A DNA stretch of 64,000 nt from assembly GCA_964658305.1 (NCBI GenBank), contig OZ210885.1, forward strand, positions 62,001-126,000, read 5' to 3'. This DNA comes from Leptogorgia sarmentosa (lineage: Eukaryota). The notes under the pieces were generated by a model that saw only the letters and a program-made list of their open reading frames with translations, did not search any database and was not told where the DNA came from. The translations under genes and the position numbers were made by a program. Below, piece by piece: positions 14,096-28,400 of the stretch. Every line of letters begins with the position of its first letter. The stretch's first letter is position 1.

Positions 14096-14938
14096 ATGAG
14101 TGATGTGGACAAGGTATTGCATTATATCGATATTTAACAAATCATAGACATAGTCCTAGCATTGATATATATCGTCGAATACGCCAGTTTAAAAAATACT
14201 ATTTAAATATGGTTAAAAATATAGTTGTGATTTTAAAAAATGAACGCAAGAATTCTTGCGTGGCGTCGTATTTCAGGTGATCAAAGAGCAATTGTATCCA
14301 CGTAAAGATATTTCATCGCGCAATATTATATTCTCCCAATTTCTGCAAAAAATATTTCGTGTCTTTCGTAATAGTCAAGGAATTCGCTGCGAATATCAAT
14401 GATCGTTAACAAAATTTGACCGTACTGTAGTCTATATTTCTCTCTATAAAGTTAAGACAAAATTGGAATACTCTCCGTTTCCGAAGATTTTTGAAGAGTT
14501 AGCAGTTTGCATCCCCCTGGACATGATGCTAGATATGTTTAGCTTAGGGAAGCCTCAAACAAGGCCTCAAATATTCATTTTGTCCATTCCATATGTCTAT
14601 TTCATTAGAGACCCACCCCCACCCCCACCCCCCCTGGTGCATTCATTTGCTACAATGATCTTTTTCTTTCTGTGCAGAAGATAGATGAAGATGTATTTGT
14701 AAAACCAGACAATGAAAATGAAACAACAGATGTAAAACCAGGACTTCTTGGTCGAATATCTGGTAGTGTTTACAACACAACAAAATATGCTGCTGGTACA
14801 GCATATGGAGGGGTGACATGGGTGGCTGGTGGAGTTTTGTCCACAACTGGTAGCGCCATTGGAGCAACTTATAACACTGTATCTTCATACTCACCAGTAA
14901 CTATATTTAGGAAAGAATCCAAAAGTAAATCAGATTAA
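14096..14938 (+). CDS. TMEM263: Transmembrane protein 263 (UPF0444) homolog, 2 exons
   Basis: Exons 14096-14113 (MSDVDK) and 14678-14938 (..PGLLGRISGSVYNTTKYAAGTAYGGVTWVAGG...KSKSD*). Matches the TMEM263 core and KSD C-terminus. Confidence 0.85.
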
Positions 14939-15836
14939 TTCCAGAATTTCTTAACTGGGTACAATATTAACAAAACGTATGTTGGTATATTCACTGCTAA
15001 CTGTAACATTTTGCATATTTTGTGTTTCAGTCAAGTTTTTATTATGCACATTGTGCAAAGCAGCTTAGTTTTACGGCATGTTTTAAAACACGTCGCTCTT
15101 CTTTGTGGCAACTTACAGCATTAGCCAGGAATTTGGACGCCTTGTATACTACAACAATGTATTATTGACTACAACGTGAAACTGCGCAGAGTAATGCATG
15201 TACTACTAACAGCACTGTATTATTTGACTACAACGTGAATCCCGGTGTACTTACTTTAAAAGCTTTTCACACAGCAATTGGCAATGACGCGTTTAATTTC
15301 AAGTTGTGTATAGAGAAAATTGAGTTTACAAAGAGTAATCGAACGTAATCTATTGAGCAGGACCGCGGGATAGTCAAATGTTTTAAAAGTTGAAAGTTCT
15401 ATATCTAAGCTATTCATGCACATGGTATAATCACATGTTCGTACTGTTCGTAGCCCGCTCAAGGACATTAATTTCCAAATTTAGCAAGCTAGGTTGCTTG
15501 ATCAGTATTATAACGTACAAGTCTAGTAACTATACTCAGTTTTCCTATAACGTTGAATGTTTGAGTGCCTTGTGGGGGTTAGGGTTAGGTGGTGAAACTA
15601 ATTTACATGATTAAAGGCCATTCATTTTCTAGTCCAGCTAGTTAATTGCTCATACGAAAGTGGGAAAAAACATCGTTTAAATGAAGAATAAGTTAATTCT
15701 TTGTATGTTTGATGGTAAAAAAATACAATTATACTCTGTATGCCTCACAGATCAAATGCTTTGTGAATCTACAAAAGTACAAATTACAAAAAGTGATTGC
15801 GGTGCATTTTACTAATGGAATAAATCGCAAAAGTTA

Positions 15837-16284
15837 GGGACCGGTCATTATTTAAGGCAGGGGTGGGGGCTGAAGAGAAAATGGTGGGGTAGCTAATTAA
15901 CTAGGCATGTCTGGGGTGGGGTAAAGTATAATATGAGAAGGATATATGGGTGGAATAAAAATAACAATGTTTACCACTCGCTACGGACGCCTTGCACAAC
16001 ATTGGAACTTGTTCCAGAATGAATGATTACCCCAGTTATTTACCAAGTATTACTTGTCATATAGCTACACATTGCACATTTTAAAATTCAATGACGAAAA
16101 ATCGAATCTCACTTGTTGTTATATAATTACAAGGTTCATAAAAATTGGGGAAAAATTGTTCGCCTTGTTTTAAAAAGTGGGGTCAAAATTTTTTTTGTAA
16201 AGCGAAGGTGGGATAAGAAAAAGTTTTGCCTTTGAAACATTTTCTCTTCTGCCCCCACTCCTGACATAAATAATTACCGGTCCC
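15837..16284. mobile_element. PIF/Harbinger-type MITE
   Basis: TIRs GGGACCGGTCATTATTTA / TAAATAATTACCGGTCCC, with a 3-bp TTA TSD on both sides. Confidence 0.85.
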
Positions 16285-17688
16285 TTAGTTAGCAAAATTC
16301 TTCTGATTATAATGATTCTAAACAATCTTGACTGCAAATAACACATCTTAAAATAAACTAAATAACACAATATTAAAAATAAAGTTAACTAAACAATACA
16401 TATTTCAAGAATTTTTAGATTTTTACGTATAATCATTCAGATCGTACAGGAATGTAATCGCAGCCCATTTTCTACAGGGTGCATGTAGAAGTAGTAGGTT
16501 TCTTTCAGCGATTCAATTGTACGATTGCAAGTCACTTTAAAGTCCCAAGGGCCCAAAATATTTTGTGAAAACTGTTGAAAACAGTGTGAATATTTTAGGC
16601 GTTTTTATACACGCTGTACATTTAACGCTTTGCCGGCGTCAATGGGACGATCACGTCTAAAAACCCTGCAATCTGCTAATATGTTTCTTCTCTCTGCTTA
16701 TAGTTGCTTGGAAACAATTGAGCATGCATGCAGATACAAGTATGGTATCGGTCAACGGTCATTATCTATTTCAGGGCTGGGGACTGAAGAGAAAATGTTT
16801 CAAAGCCAAAAAACGTCTCACCCCACTTTCTTTTTACAAGATTACCCTATTTTTAACAACCTTACAGTACAATGGAAACTCCGAAAGTCGGCAACATAGT
16901 TCATAGTTGACAACCTTTCTGTAACTATAACAAGAGAGATCCCTCATTTTGTGACTGTCTTCAAATTATACACGACACAAAAGGTTTCATTCACGACCCA
17001 CCACACGTTCCCTTGCAATTTGAGTTTTTTAATAACTTGTAAAGCAAATCTATACTGTTGAGGTATGTGAAATTGAACAAATCAAACAATTGTCACTAAT
17101 TTTTTAATCCCTTTGAGAGTAGAATTGCGTTGCAAGAAGTTGCAGCAGAAATACATCGTGTAACAGGGGCCTTTCTTAGTAAAGTAACTTTGACGAAATA
17201 AAACAATAATTGTTGATGATGCTTGATAACTATTATCATTATCATAACGATAGAGCATTGTATCCGTGATCTCGTGACGTTTGCCGCCCACTTTCGTTAT
17301 ATATTGACATTGACGGTGTTTTCCCTCACTCCCACGCTTTTAAATCACGAGTCATTTTCAACACGCTCATTGGATCATCGAAATCACGAGACCAACAGTG
17401 TTATGATGGCTTACCTTATATGGTTGTATTTAAAGATCCAGCCAATCAGCGTGCAGTAAGGTGGGTAGGTTCTTCTAGGAAAACCCATTTGATACAAATG
17501 AATTGCTGCACCCATAATATCAATGACCTGCTTTGACTTGAATATTTGAAGGCTTGTACTGATTTGGAGCCATCATTTTATTGACATCACCATCTCTTCT
17601 TCCTCGAACGTGAGCCAGTGTTGCTAGTCACGACAAGCAAGATTCAATTTGTGTAGCAATTAAACGGAGTTGGCATTCATTGCCTTGA

Positions 17689-20600
17689 ATGAATATGTCT
17701 GGACAGGCCAGCCTAATGCCGTCTTACTTTCCGTATGTGAACCAGCCGACCTACCTGGTAAGGGAAAAAAGTCATTAAATTCTGATGTTTTAACTTCATA
17801 ATGCTATGCACATATACATGACGATTCACCCCTGATGTAACGATTTGGCTTTCTACTGCTATGGGGAACTAGCATGTTGATTATATTTTGTAATATGACG
17901 TTTGGGAATTGCCCTTTGTTTATAAATATTTTGACGCTTAAATTCGCGAATATAGAGCTATGTGAGCAGAAATTTGCTCTGTTCAGTTCAAATTCAACCA
18001 AGTTTGGTCCACAATCATCGCTGGTTGTTACTTGCTCATTTGTGCTTTAAAAATTCACAATGTTCGCCTAGGTTTTGAAACTAGGTTTTAAATGTCAACA
18101 AATATTTCTACACATTAGGAGCGACAGGGGGCGAAGTTGGGTGATCAAATTGGGACTAATGTTCCAACAAAGTTTTTTATAATGTTTCAATACAAACTAC
18201 TACATTTCAACGTACATTAAATGAATTTAAATCGTCATGATCTGTAGATTAACTTGCATTAGAGTCACTTTAGATTAATTGAATAGAAATTGAATTCTCC
18301 CTGTGAGTTCCAGGCCAATTGTCTCAGTCAGGGGTACAATTCATATGTACCAACGATAAGCAAGTTTTACTTCGAAGATTGAAATTGCGTTAGGCAGCCA
18401 ACTTTACCCTAAAATTGCTGTTTTACCAGTATCCTTACAATAACATAGCACATAGGAAGTACAATTTTAATAAAAGCAAGACTAGAATTTCATGGACTCA
18501 AAAATATCAGTGTGCATAAACCATAAAAAGGGTCGCGACCATCAGCTCCTAAGTGATTGAGAATTGAATTTCATACAAATACAAATGTCACGATTCTCCA
18601 ACACGCTGCTGATATTGCTTCAATACATGTAGGTCAAGTGAAGCGCATCATATCAAGAATTTTGTTTATATTATATTGCTTTATGGAAGTGCTATGCACC
18701 GTATTTTTATCACACTAGCTATTTCCATTCTTACTAAATATATTTTCCAACGAGTGGCCGGATGCCTGCAGTATTTGGTAAAATTCTACAGTATAAAACG
18801 CTGTGAAAACAGGTGATTTAAACTGTAGTAGTTGCAGAATATATGCCACAGTACGATCAAGATACGTGCACAGTGAACTGACTTGCTTTGAGATACGCAT
18901 TCGGTAACTGACTATTGGTGAGCCAGAGTTAGAGATTGCTGATCAACAATATGGAATTATATGTTGTTCGATCTTATTTAGCCAAACCAAAAGATTGAAA
19001 ATGACCGTAGACACGTCATGACATGTTTGATCTCTGCGGCTTCTTGCGTTTAAACGTGTGTAAGCGCGTGTTGTTGTTGTCATTTGATGCTAAATCAAAA
19101 CCATATTAATTTCACGGCCGAACATTTACTGAACTTTGATAATTGATCTGCCTTATACAAGCATTGGCTTAAAAATCACATATGATGTTTTATAGAAGGT
19201 TGGTTTTTAATCCTTTATATACAATGTAGTGTATGTACTCAGTCAGGTATCATGAGATAAAGCCTACTTCGCCGTTTACCTAAACTGGTTTGTATCGAGA
19301 ACACTCGTGTGCTGTGAAAATGCCTTTATCTTCCCCTCTTCAAAAATTGACCTTCACTGAATCAAACGCTCTCGTAATGTAAATCGTCCTTCGTTCACCG
19401 TCGTCGTCTTCAATTTTCCACCCACACACTTTAGTCATGCGTCACCTAATTATACACTGTTGATATTCAGTCACAATGGCTGTATTTTGGAAATATTTTT
19501 TAGTTGGTGAGGTTAATTTGTCCAGGACGTATATTGAAAGCTAATTCCTTTGAAAACACTACACACGAGGCAAATTGTAATGGCTTGGATGACTTGTTTG
19601 CCTGACTGCGGCAACAGCACCCAGTTGGTGTAGTGAGGGCATGGACTGCATGGTGCACATTTTGTCTCGACGTCCACGCAACAAAATTCGTGCTGTCTTT
19701 TAGCAGAACTGAGCGAAGGCATTGCCGTTAATTGCTAATAAGAATAATTTAGATTGGGTAACAAACAGTTAATTTTAATATTGTAGTGCCAAATACAGTA
19801 AAACCATTGAGAATTAAATGGCCAATCCATGCTTTGGCTACAGACTCTACAACGCCTAAGATAGGTGTGAATGCATATTATGTCCATGCGTTTCATTTCG
19901 TTGATACCCTCGGTATTTGGTCCTTTTTGTTTTGCTTCGTATCTGAAGAACAGAGCGATATCTTGCAAAGGATGACATCGCTAGAATGTGCATGGAGGGT
20001 AAAGAAAGTCACAAAAGTAAAGCTTGCTCACTGGGTTTGAACATTACGTGCGATATGAATAGACAAGAATTCTCGTAATCCGAGTCGTATTTCTGATAAT
20101 TGATACAATCAAGGTCAACAATTCACTCAAGGTCAAGTTAAAAATTCTTTCAAGATAGCCTGGATAGGATTTCAAATAGCGTACTGTGCGAAATTAAGGA
20201 ACTCAAATATGTTATTTAAACATGAGTAAACAGTGTAAACAGAATGACATTTGGATTCATCAATTTTTACATCACGTTTTGTTTATATAAAACAGTAAAA
20301 GCAACCTTTTTACTAAGTCAAATGAAGTTAGTGCGTTAAAAATCCTTCAAATATACACTTAATATTTCGGCCATTAGTTTCGCACTTCAGACTTGACGAC
20401 TTTTTAACCTGTTTACACTTGCATGTTTCGCTGCGATGTCTGCATCAGATGTGAACGTGAGTACGTGGAGTAATAATGAATGTGTTGAGTGCTTGTACCT
20501 CAGCATTCCATACTGGACTACTGGAGTCTGGTTTATTCTTTCACATCCATCAAAAGGAGAAAATAACATTAGAAATCGCGGTTTTTGTAACGGTGCAGCC

Positions 20601-23600
20601 ATGACAATTGAACCGTTTTCATATCAGTAGTCAGTAGTGTTTTTCTAACTGCATGAGCCATGCCTTGTTTAGTGGAGGTAAGATGAAAGTAAATATAATA
20701 AGACAGCTTAATGAGCGGCCGAATTGTTCAAAAATGACACATCAAAGGAATCGCGGCAGTCTAACATTTTGGATTAGTTCCTTCTGTAAGGAAGTATTCT
20801 TATTAAAATAATGATCAGCTGAAAACAATACACTTCCCTAGCGATAGTTATAATTAAATACGCCCACGAGTATCTACGCCAAGAACTAAATATTCTCCGC
20901 AAACAATGCAGTGGAAGGTAGGCATGAAGAGCTTTCGTTATCAACTGTTTGGATTCTCCCGCCGCTGTTAACGATGTTTTGAAAATATGGTACATCATTA
21001 GTCTTGTTTAGTAAATCGCTAAACAATTATAATTATATGCTGTTATAACGTTTTCTTTGAATGAGCTTCAATTAAGTTCTTGAACCATCTTACAGTTGTT
21101 ACGTATTCATGAGTGGTGATGCGGAAGGAAGGAAGGTTTCGTGCTGTTAGGAAAGAATTTATGCAAAAAATAAAATTAAAACTTTAGTTGACTAAAACAT
21201 TAGACTAAAAAATTTTCCTTTAAGCGCGTATTTTATTTTAATTCTACTTTTGAAAATACAACTGAACACAACAATCGTAGATGATAATCTTTACAGCATA
21301 TCTATATGTCATATCTATCATATATATATGTGTTCTAATGTTCTCAAGCTTTTTAAGTTCAGAAAATATCTGAACATCCCTAACGGGAATCGAACCCATG
21401 TCTCCTGATTGCCGGTTCAGTTGTTATACCACTAGACTATAGGGAATCAGACAGCAATGTGATGTTAACTGGAGACCTGCATGGTTCTTATTGTTGATAT
21501 GAGTACTTAGTGCTTAAAGTCTCATCATATCATCGAAGTTATCATAACTTCGATATGATGAGAACGAAAACCATTTCAGTTTTTTCACATTTGACGCAAC
21601 CATCAAATACTGGTTCACTATCATAATCGCCAACTCGTGCCGCAATTTTACATGTTTTCTAAAATTCACCGATGTATATAGCTAGGATACTCATCGGATC
21701 AGAACAAAGCCTAATGTTCCAACATATTGTTTACAGGTTTCTTTACAGGAAGATGATTTCGATGCAAGTATTTTGAGGGCTGTGAAAAAAGAAATGTCAA
21801 CCGACAGTGGAATAGCAGCCAGTGGTCCTCCTATTGTAGCAACAACAGTCACTCTTGATACGATACCGGATGTCGTCGCAATACAAGATGTGCTTGCTGT
21901 GCAGGATGTGCTGAACTTACAAGGGTATAATATTGAAGGTTTGTTACAAGTTGTTTCACGTTATGATTTTCCTATCTCAACTCTTCTCTAAGATCCCAAA
22001 TTTTCGTCTACAGCCCCGAAGTAACTTGTTTGAAGAAAGTCAAAGAACTTCGTGTCGTGCTCATGACAAACTTATGCATGCTTTGATATGAAACAGCCCG
22101 GTGCCTAATACGTTGCTGCAGAAAACTGCTGAATTCTTTATACAGAATGGACCCTAAAAATTTTTCTAACCAAACTCGATAACATTTCTAAATTTATGAG
22201 CTCTTTATTTCTGTAGTTATGCTATATAAGTTTTTTTGCTAATTCAAACGTTGTCTAATAGAGGAATGGTCTATTCGCTTCGCATTAATTGCCAGTAATC
22301 TTACTCGCGTTTTATTTCAGCATCTGGAGAAGAATCACAATGTGGCCCATTTGAAGGTTTGTTTGTGATCATTTGTGTACTAGCTGTGTTCAAGCTAACT
22401 AACAAAGCTAAGTTATATACGAAACATTTTGTAATGAATGTAAGCATCACGTACGGAACATTTTTCCTGTGGACCTGAAAACTTTGTTGATCACGCCCAA
22501 AGCGTATTCGTCATATTTATATTGTCTTCCTGCCTCTCGAATTAGTTGGGAATATTTGAAAAATTGTTTTTGATTTGCATGGAAGTGATTTTAAATACTG
22601 TGCGTGTTATTTTCTTTTTACAACATTGCGCTCTTTAAGATCTTCATCTTCAGACAAGGTCTAGTAAAGGTCTTATTGTTATTTGAAACTGATAAAGATG
22701 AGACAACTGCATCTTTGCAACGATATTGCTCAGTCACAATATTTTCTTTTCTTTTCAGATACTCGATTTGATCAAGTGGTTGATGTTCAAACAAATAGCG
22801 GTAAGAATATAATGACGTAGGCTACAAGGTCATACCGATTGGGAAAAAAATCTGTGGTTTTACAGACTTGGGAAGCACTGAGTACAATTAAACAGCGAGT
22901 AAAATCGTCCCGAGAAATCGCTGTGCCGCGTTAAATCTTCAGACAGGGTATGGCGTGCCTATTACGAGTGCAGTGAAATTAGGTCATTCCGGCCATACTA
23001 GACTCCAAGCACTTCTTCAGAAGTAACTTAGTTCTCACAGAATTTTGACGTGTGGTTCACATAACTATGTTGGTATACCGCAATTCGATATCAGTTTACG
23101 AAGCATGCATTAGTAATGAGCGAATGCTTTCGAGGAGCCATCTGATGATTCCTCTTGGATGAAACAGGCTGTAGTGGCACCTTTTTGAGGCAAAACTATA
23201 CTATTTGCTCTATCTATATGGTATCGAGCACTCTTTTGGCATTTCGTTAACCAAAACTTTATCGTATATATATATATATATATTTAACAATTAGATTACG
23301 AGCTCGAGATTTCTATGAGGTGATAGCTGATGAGGGCGAAGCCCGAATCAACTATCATCTCGTAGAAATCGAGAGCGAGTAATCTAATTGTTTTAGTAGA
23401 ATCAGAGATCAAACATGAAAATATTGCAAAAAATAATTTAAAACCGCGTCTCAGAAGACATTTTCTTGAACGAAAATTCTCATATTTTGCTACTCTCTAT
23501 CTATCGAGGAATAGATATCGAGTAGAGTAGCCAATCAAATTGCAGCATTTGCAATAGTATACGAGTATGATTCTACTAAATATATATAGTATATGTTTAT

Positions 23601-25406
23601 CTCATTGTATATATCTCATAGAAGGTTTTCCAAGGAACTGATCTCAAACCGTTTGACAAAAACGGTTGACTAAAATTTCCAGTATCCATTTCTGGCATGC
23701 ATCTTGGCGCACTATTCATTTGGCAATATTCCCGTGTGACCAATGACTAACATCTGAAAATGGTTGGACGGCATGATATTTACTATAATTATGTAACTGT
23801 TTGTATTTCACAGATGGTTTGATCAGTGAAGAAGATGAAATATCATTTATGAATATACCAGGTACATTGTTTTTTTAGTCACGACGTTTTTGTCCTCAAT
23901 GATAAATCGATTTTGTCATCATAACAGGGACTTTGGGTTAATTGTGTTTTATTTCATCACTGAGGACCCAGTTTCAAATTTATTTAAATAGGAAAACTCG
24001 TATTATGATTAAAAAAGCGGTTACTGAAGATTATTTTTATTCAGATTTTGGTGTCAATTCAGAACCATCGTCACTGGATATTGATCTGTTGAATTATGAT
24101 TCAGGCATTGAAGCAGAAATTGAGGAAAATAAAGGTGCATAGGAATTTAACTTATTTTGGAGTAACTTTTAGACCAATCCAAATTTTGTCTCATCGACCA
24201 TCGGCATTGTCTTGAAAACGAGGCTCCGTCCCGAGCGGAACTGTAAGATATCTTACTATAAAACCTCGACCTGGTGTTCTACAGCGCAATCTTCTTCCAA
24301 GGGCATTTCTTAATCGCTTGCTTTGCGAGGTGGCGGCAAAGTCAACTTTGCATTCTGCACATCTGCCAAATGTGCCTGTGAGCCAGTCTTGAATTAATAA
24401 CCTTCGCATTGCGCATAACGACGTGGAGTGTGCATTTAGTATTCAAGTGTGATTATGTCATTACTGTAGCACGAACACCAGGAAGACGTTCAAAGACGAA
24501 ACAAAAACGTGTAAACCGTAAGCTTTCAGTTTTTAATACTATTGATTACAGTTATTTTATTCTATACTCTGAATATATTACGAGCTGAAAATGGCACCTG
24601 TTTACCATAGAAGAAATCAAACCAACAGTTTACACCCAAAATACCTACTAAAATGTAACTTTTGATGTCATACGTATATAGGCGTACAACTTCAAAACGT
24701 CACTGATAGTGCTGATGAATCAGAAGAGGACACAGGTAGCCCAATTATGCCATTCTATTTTGATGTTAACGTGAAATCAGAAATCATAGCTCAATTTGAA
24801 ACGTCAAACTTGCAAAATTAAATAGCTTGAGTTTTCGTGAGCAATCCAGGCCAGTGTAGGTAGCGGATAATAACATCAAAATGCTATAAAAGCTTCACTC
24901 AATACCTGAATGATACAACAGCAATAGACGTTTGGAATAAAAGCCATTCGTCGGACGTTGATAGGGAGAATTGTGCATCTATAGCCTACGACGATGCAGC
25001 TTTGCTTTGGTCGACCTCACCAAATGAGGTGGTGAGGTCGAGTGAACTGTAATTTGATGTCTTTAAATCATATCTTCTTATTCAACCTCTTATCGATCCC
25101 TTCTTTTTTAAAGTTTCCAAATTCCACTGCCAATACCTGTGGGAATTTCTACAGAGTTTGCTGAACTGCAAAAAATTTAACAACAAATATATTGAGTGGA
25201 AGAACCATTCTGAAGGAATTTTCAAGCTAAATGACCACCATTCTGTGGCAAGACTCTGGGGTATACAGAAAAAACGAAAAAACATGACTTACGATAAACT
25301 AAGTAGAGCTCTGAGGTATTACTATAGCAAAAACATCCTACAGAAAGTTGACGGAGAGAGACTGACGTATAAATTTTGTAAATCTGTTTATGAATACAAA
25401 ATTTGA
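17689..25406 (+). CDS. ETS-domain transcription factor (ELF/ESE/PDEF-like), ~277 aa
   Basis: Exons 17689-17757 (tentative first exon), 21737-21938, 22321-22356, 22759-22800, 23814-23861, 24045-24134, 24682-24735 and 25114-25406 join in frame. The last exon holds the ETS domain, YLWEFLQSLL...VARLWGIQKKRKNMTYDKLSRALRYYYSKNILQKVDGERLTYKF. Confidence 0.88.
21377..21445 (-). mobile_element. tRNA-derived SINE head or tRNA pseudogene
   Basis: A-box TAGTCTAGTGG, B-box GGTTCGATTCC and a TCCCTA/TAGGGA acceptor stem, but an irregular anticodon arm. Followed by a short tail and (TA)n. Confidence 0.7.
23137..23178 (+). ncRNA. Minimal type I hammerhead ribozyme motif (Penelope-like element/retrozyme type)
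   Basis: GCCAT-CTGATGA-T-TCC tctt GGA-T-GAAA-CAG g CTG-TA-GTGGC: stem I, core, stem II, near-palindromic stem III and a GUA cleavage triplet. Confidence 0.65.
23282..23581 (+). mobile_element. ~300-bp non-autonomous hairpin element (Crypton-like architecture) inserted in (TA)n
   Basis: A ~105-bp subterminal hairpin with a GGCGAAGCC apex and CCAATCA near the far end. Near-identical reverse copy at 59282-59580. Confidence 0.88.
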
Positions 25407-28400
25407 GGTACTCCTAAAGTTAAATCCACTTCATTCAGGATTTACATCCTCCATATATAGTTTCAAAATATTGCATAGTTTCATAGTTTCCTAACAGGAT
25501 GTTGTTAACACGCGAGAGATAATCAACTTTCTTGATTTAGAATCAGAAAAATTTTATTTTGTTTTGATAATTGTGGATTAAATCCATTTTGATATTCAAG
25601 TCTTGCCAATATGACAGTTTTTTTATTTTTCCATTCGCGTTCCTTGCTATGTTAACTTTGATTTTGAAGTAAAATCCATTACGATGTGCTCAAAATACAC
25701 AAATCACTTCCCCAAAAATGGCCACTGACCCATGCATGATAGCACAGAGTGGTATTTGCAATTCTGGTTTGAATCGATCACAATTATAATCATTCAATGT
25801 AAATTATATACGTTTTTACCGTTTTTAGTCACTTTGTACATATTAACTTGCCATCATTGAAATAATAAAGATTACAAATAATTATGTTGTTTTTAAAAAG
25901 GTATACGGTGTATAAAAACAGGGGCAAAAACAAAAAGGGGCCGGACTACACAATGTACTTTGCATCAAGAAATTGCAAGCCAATCAACTATTTCAGACAC
26001 AAGACCTTTGTTCAAAACCTCGAGCTAAACAATGCGACAATTTGCTTTGGGTAATTAGACTGTCTGCCGCCATCTCAGAACATTTTACTGCGAGTGGGTT
26101 CACCCGTGTTTTTGTGTTGTGTCACTTCAGTCATTTATTATTCTGTTGGATGAGTGCTCTCGGGAGATGTGGGGAAGGGCGTTGAGTGAGAGAGGTGTGG
26201 GGGGAGCACTGCCCTTTAGGTTGTCGGGAAATTATTAATCTAGATGAGTCTGTCGGCCTGCACTGTATGGAAACTATTATATCATGGTCGGTAAAACCCA
26301 TTAGAAACTAAAACGGCAATCTACACAAAGTATACTAAAAAATCGCCGCCATTTTTGTTGTTTTTAAAATCGACATCACTTCATAATTTTTGTGCATGGA
26401 CTCGAGATTAGAGGCGCCAAAAGGCATTTTTTGTAAACTTGGTTTTACAAATTGTACTCATTGTTGCTCTTGCCACTCAGGGGGGCATATATAAGAAATT
26501 TCGGTGGTGGTGGTGGTGGGGGTGGTGGTTTTTGTGGGGGGATTAGGACAGTTGTGGACCGGAAAATCTCACGAGGAGCCAGAAAATTTTGAAAAAACCG
26601 CCAGATTGCCGGAATAATTAACTTCGTATTGCATGTCATAGCTTTGTTTTGGTTTCTGGTGAAGATGGATTGCCACGCGTTTCCTAAATAAATAAGTGAT
26701 TGAACTATGTGGTCGCACATTATCTGAAAATTCTACATCAACCGAATGACGTTAACTGGAGTTAATAGTACTTCAATAATGAAAATTTTTACAAGGAATT
26801 TTATATCTCATGAGATCACTGCATATGCGTGCTTGTCTAATCTGCAAACTACACTGGATAATGTTCATAATGTTCTGCAGTGGAGGAAAGGAAACCAATA
26901 TATTTATTAACTGTCGGACAAAATAAAAATCCGCCATTACTACATGACGAACTGTACAGGGGAAAGGAAATGTTCTCTACTTCCCTTTTGGCTTCTATTC
27001 CACTGTTCAATTTTGCTTTTATTGCCTCAATTATACTTGCGCCAATTATTTTAGCCAAATATGTTGTCATGTAGAAAGTAAATAATCTGAAAACCAATTT
27101 TTTGTCGTTTATTGTCGTGAAGTGTTGATGGCAGAGATTTGGAAAACATTTTGTTTTTCTGCAGATGCAGCTTGAACTCAAACTCATTAATTTTGCTTTT
27201 GTATTTGTAAACAAACGATTCAAATGATTAAATATTAACATACATTCTAGAGGTCAATCAAAATGCGTTCAATAATAAATTACGTTTTTTCTATTTTAAA
27301 TCTGCGGTAGTATAATGGCTATTTCAAAATGGGAAAATTGTCACGCAATCTTCTAAACATCAAACAAACTTGACTTAATATCCTTATGTGGAAATAAACC
27401 ACAGAAAAGAAATATGGGAAAAAGAAAATTTCTCCATATTTGACTATACTATGAATAATTATATCGGCGTTCTTCCGTATACAACTTCAAAAAATGTTGG
27501 CTAAAACATATCCTGAATTCCCAGGTTCCCCCGAATTTTTCTCAGTAAATGGTTAGTAAAATGTTGGGTTTAATTAAATTTAGAATCATTTCCATTCGAG
27601 CCAAATTTCTTCTCTTAAAAAGCATTTTACTGATCCATTCAGGATATATCTCTTTGGACAATAATGCTTTAACATGTATAATGTTGTAATGTTTCGTGAA
27701 ACATGGTTGAACGATTCTTCCAACATCATGTTTCGGTGATTGCCATTAATTTTCTTTAGACAAAGTAAGGGTAGCTAATTTTAGACGCATTACGATAATG
27801 AGTGTATAATACTTGATCCGCTATATATATACAGATAATTCAAACTGCACGAGTTTGTTGATAAGAGCAGTGACTTAGATCTTTATTCAGAGATAATACA
27901 TTTCTTTAGGTTAACTTGGTGCCATCAGGAGATATACATACAGATGTTCATCAGATAATAAATTTACAATAAGACGGAAAATCATCATTGATGTTCAGCG
28001 GCAGAATGCACCGTACCTTGTGGAATCCCACCAGCGACAGTTAAAAAACCGAAGTTTTTATTGTTGACAAAGTTGTCTGAGCTGATTTGGTTAAAAATGA
28101 AATCGTTTTACCATGAAAACCATAACGGAAGATAACAATTTTCTAATAAAATACGGTGGTTATTAAAACCATTTTTGACCGATATATAAATAGTAGCACT
28201 GTAGCATTTTGGTCTTGCAAGACCAAACCATGGTTTCAGAAACTATAATTGTTTTGGCCAGAAGATAATCTCTGTTAAATTAACGTCGCCCACTATCGCC
28301 GTTAAACGTAAAGTTCAATGCAGGTTTTCACTTTTCACAACAAGACGCGAGAAACGTTATGCTAATGCCTATATACTGAACAGGATTGTCAAAAAAAGAA

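Noticed and set aside
21377..21445. Functional tRNA gene
   Set aside because: Irregular anticodon arm, weak D stem and a SINE-like tail.
23322..23357. CTGATGA-GGGC GAA GCCC-GAAT hammerhead look-alike
   Set aside because: It is the apex of the mobile-element hairpin, has no stem III, and other copies read TTGATGA.
26849..27790. Minus-strand open stretches of up to 130 codons
   Set aside because: No recognisable domain or splice structure. A decayed gene cannot be excluded without a search.
27922..27993. C/D-box-like arrangement on the minus strand (ATGATGA..CTGA..CTGA)
   Set aside because: No host gene, AT-rich guides with no recognisable target, and a single copy.
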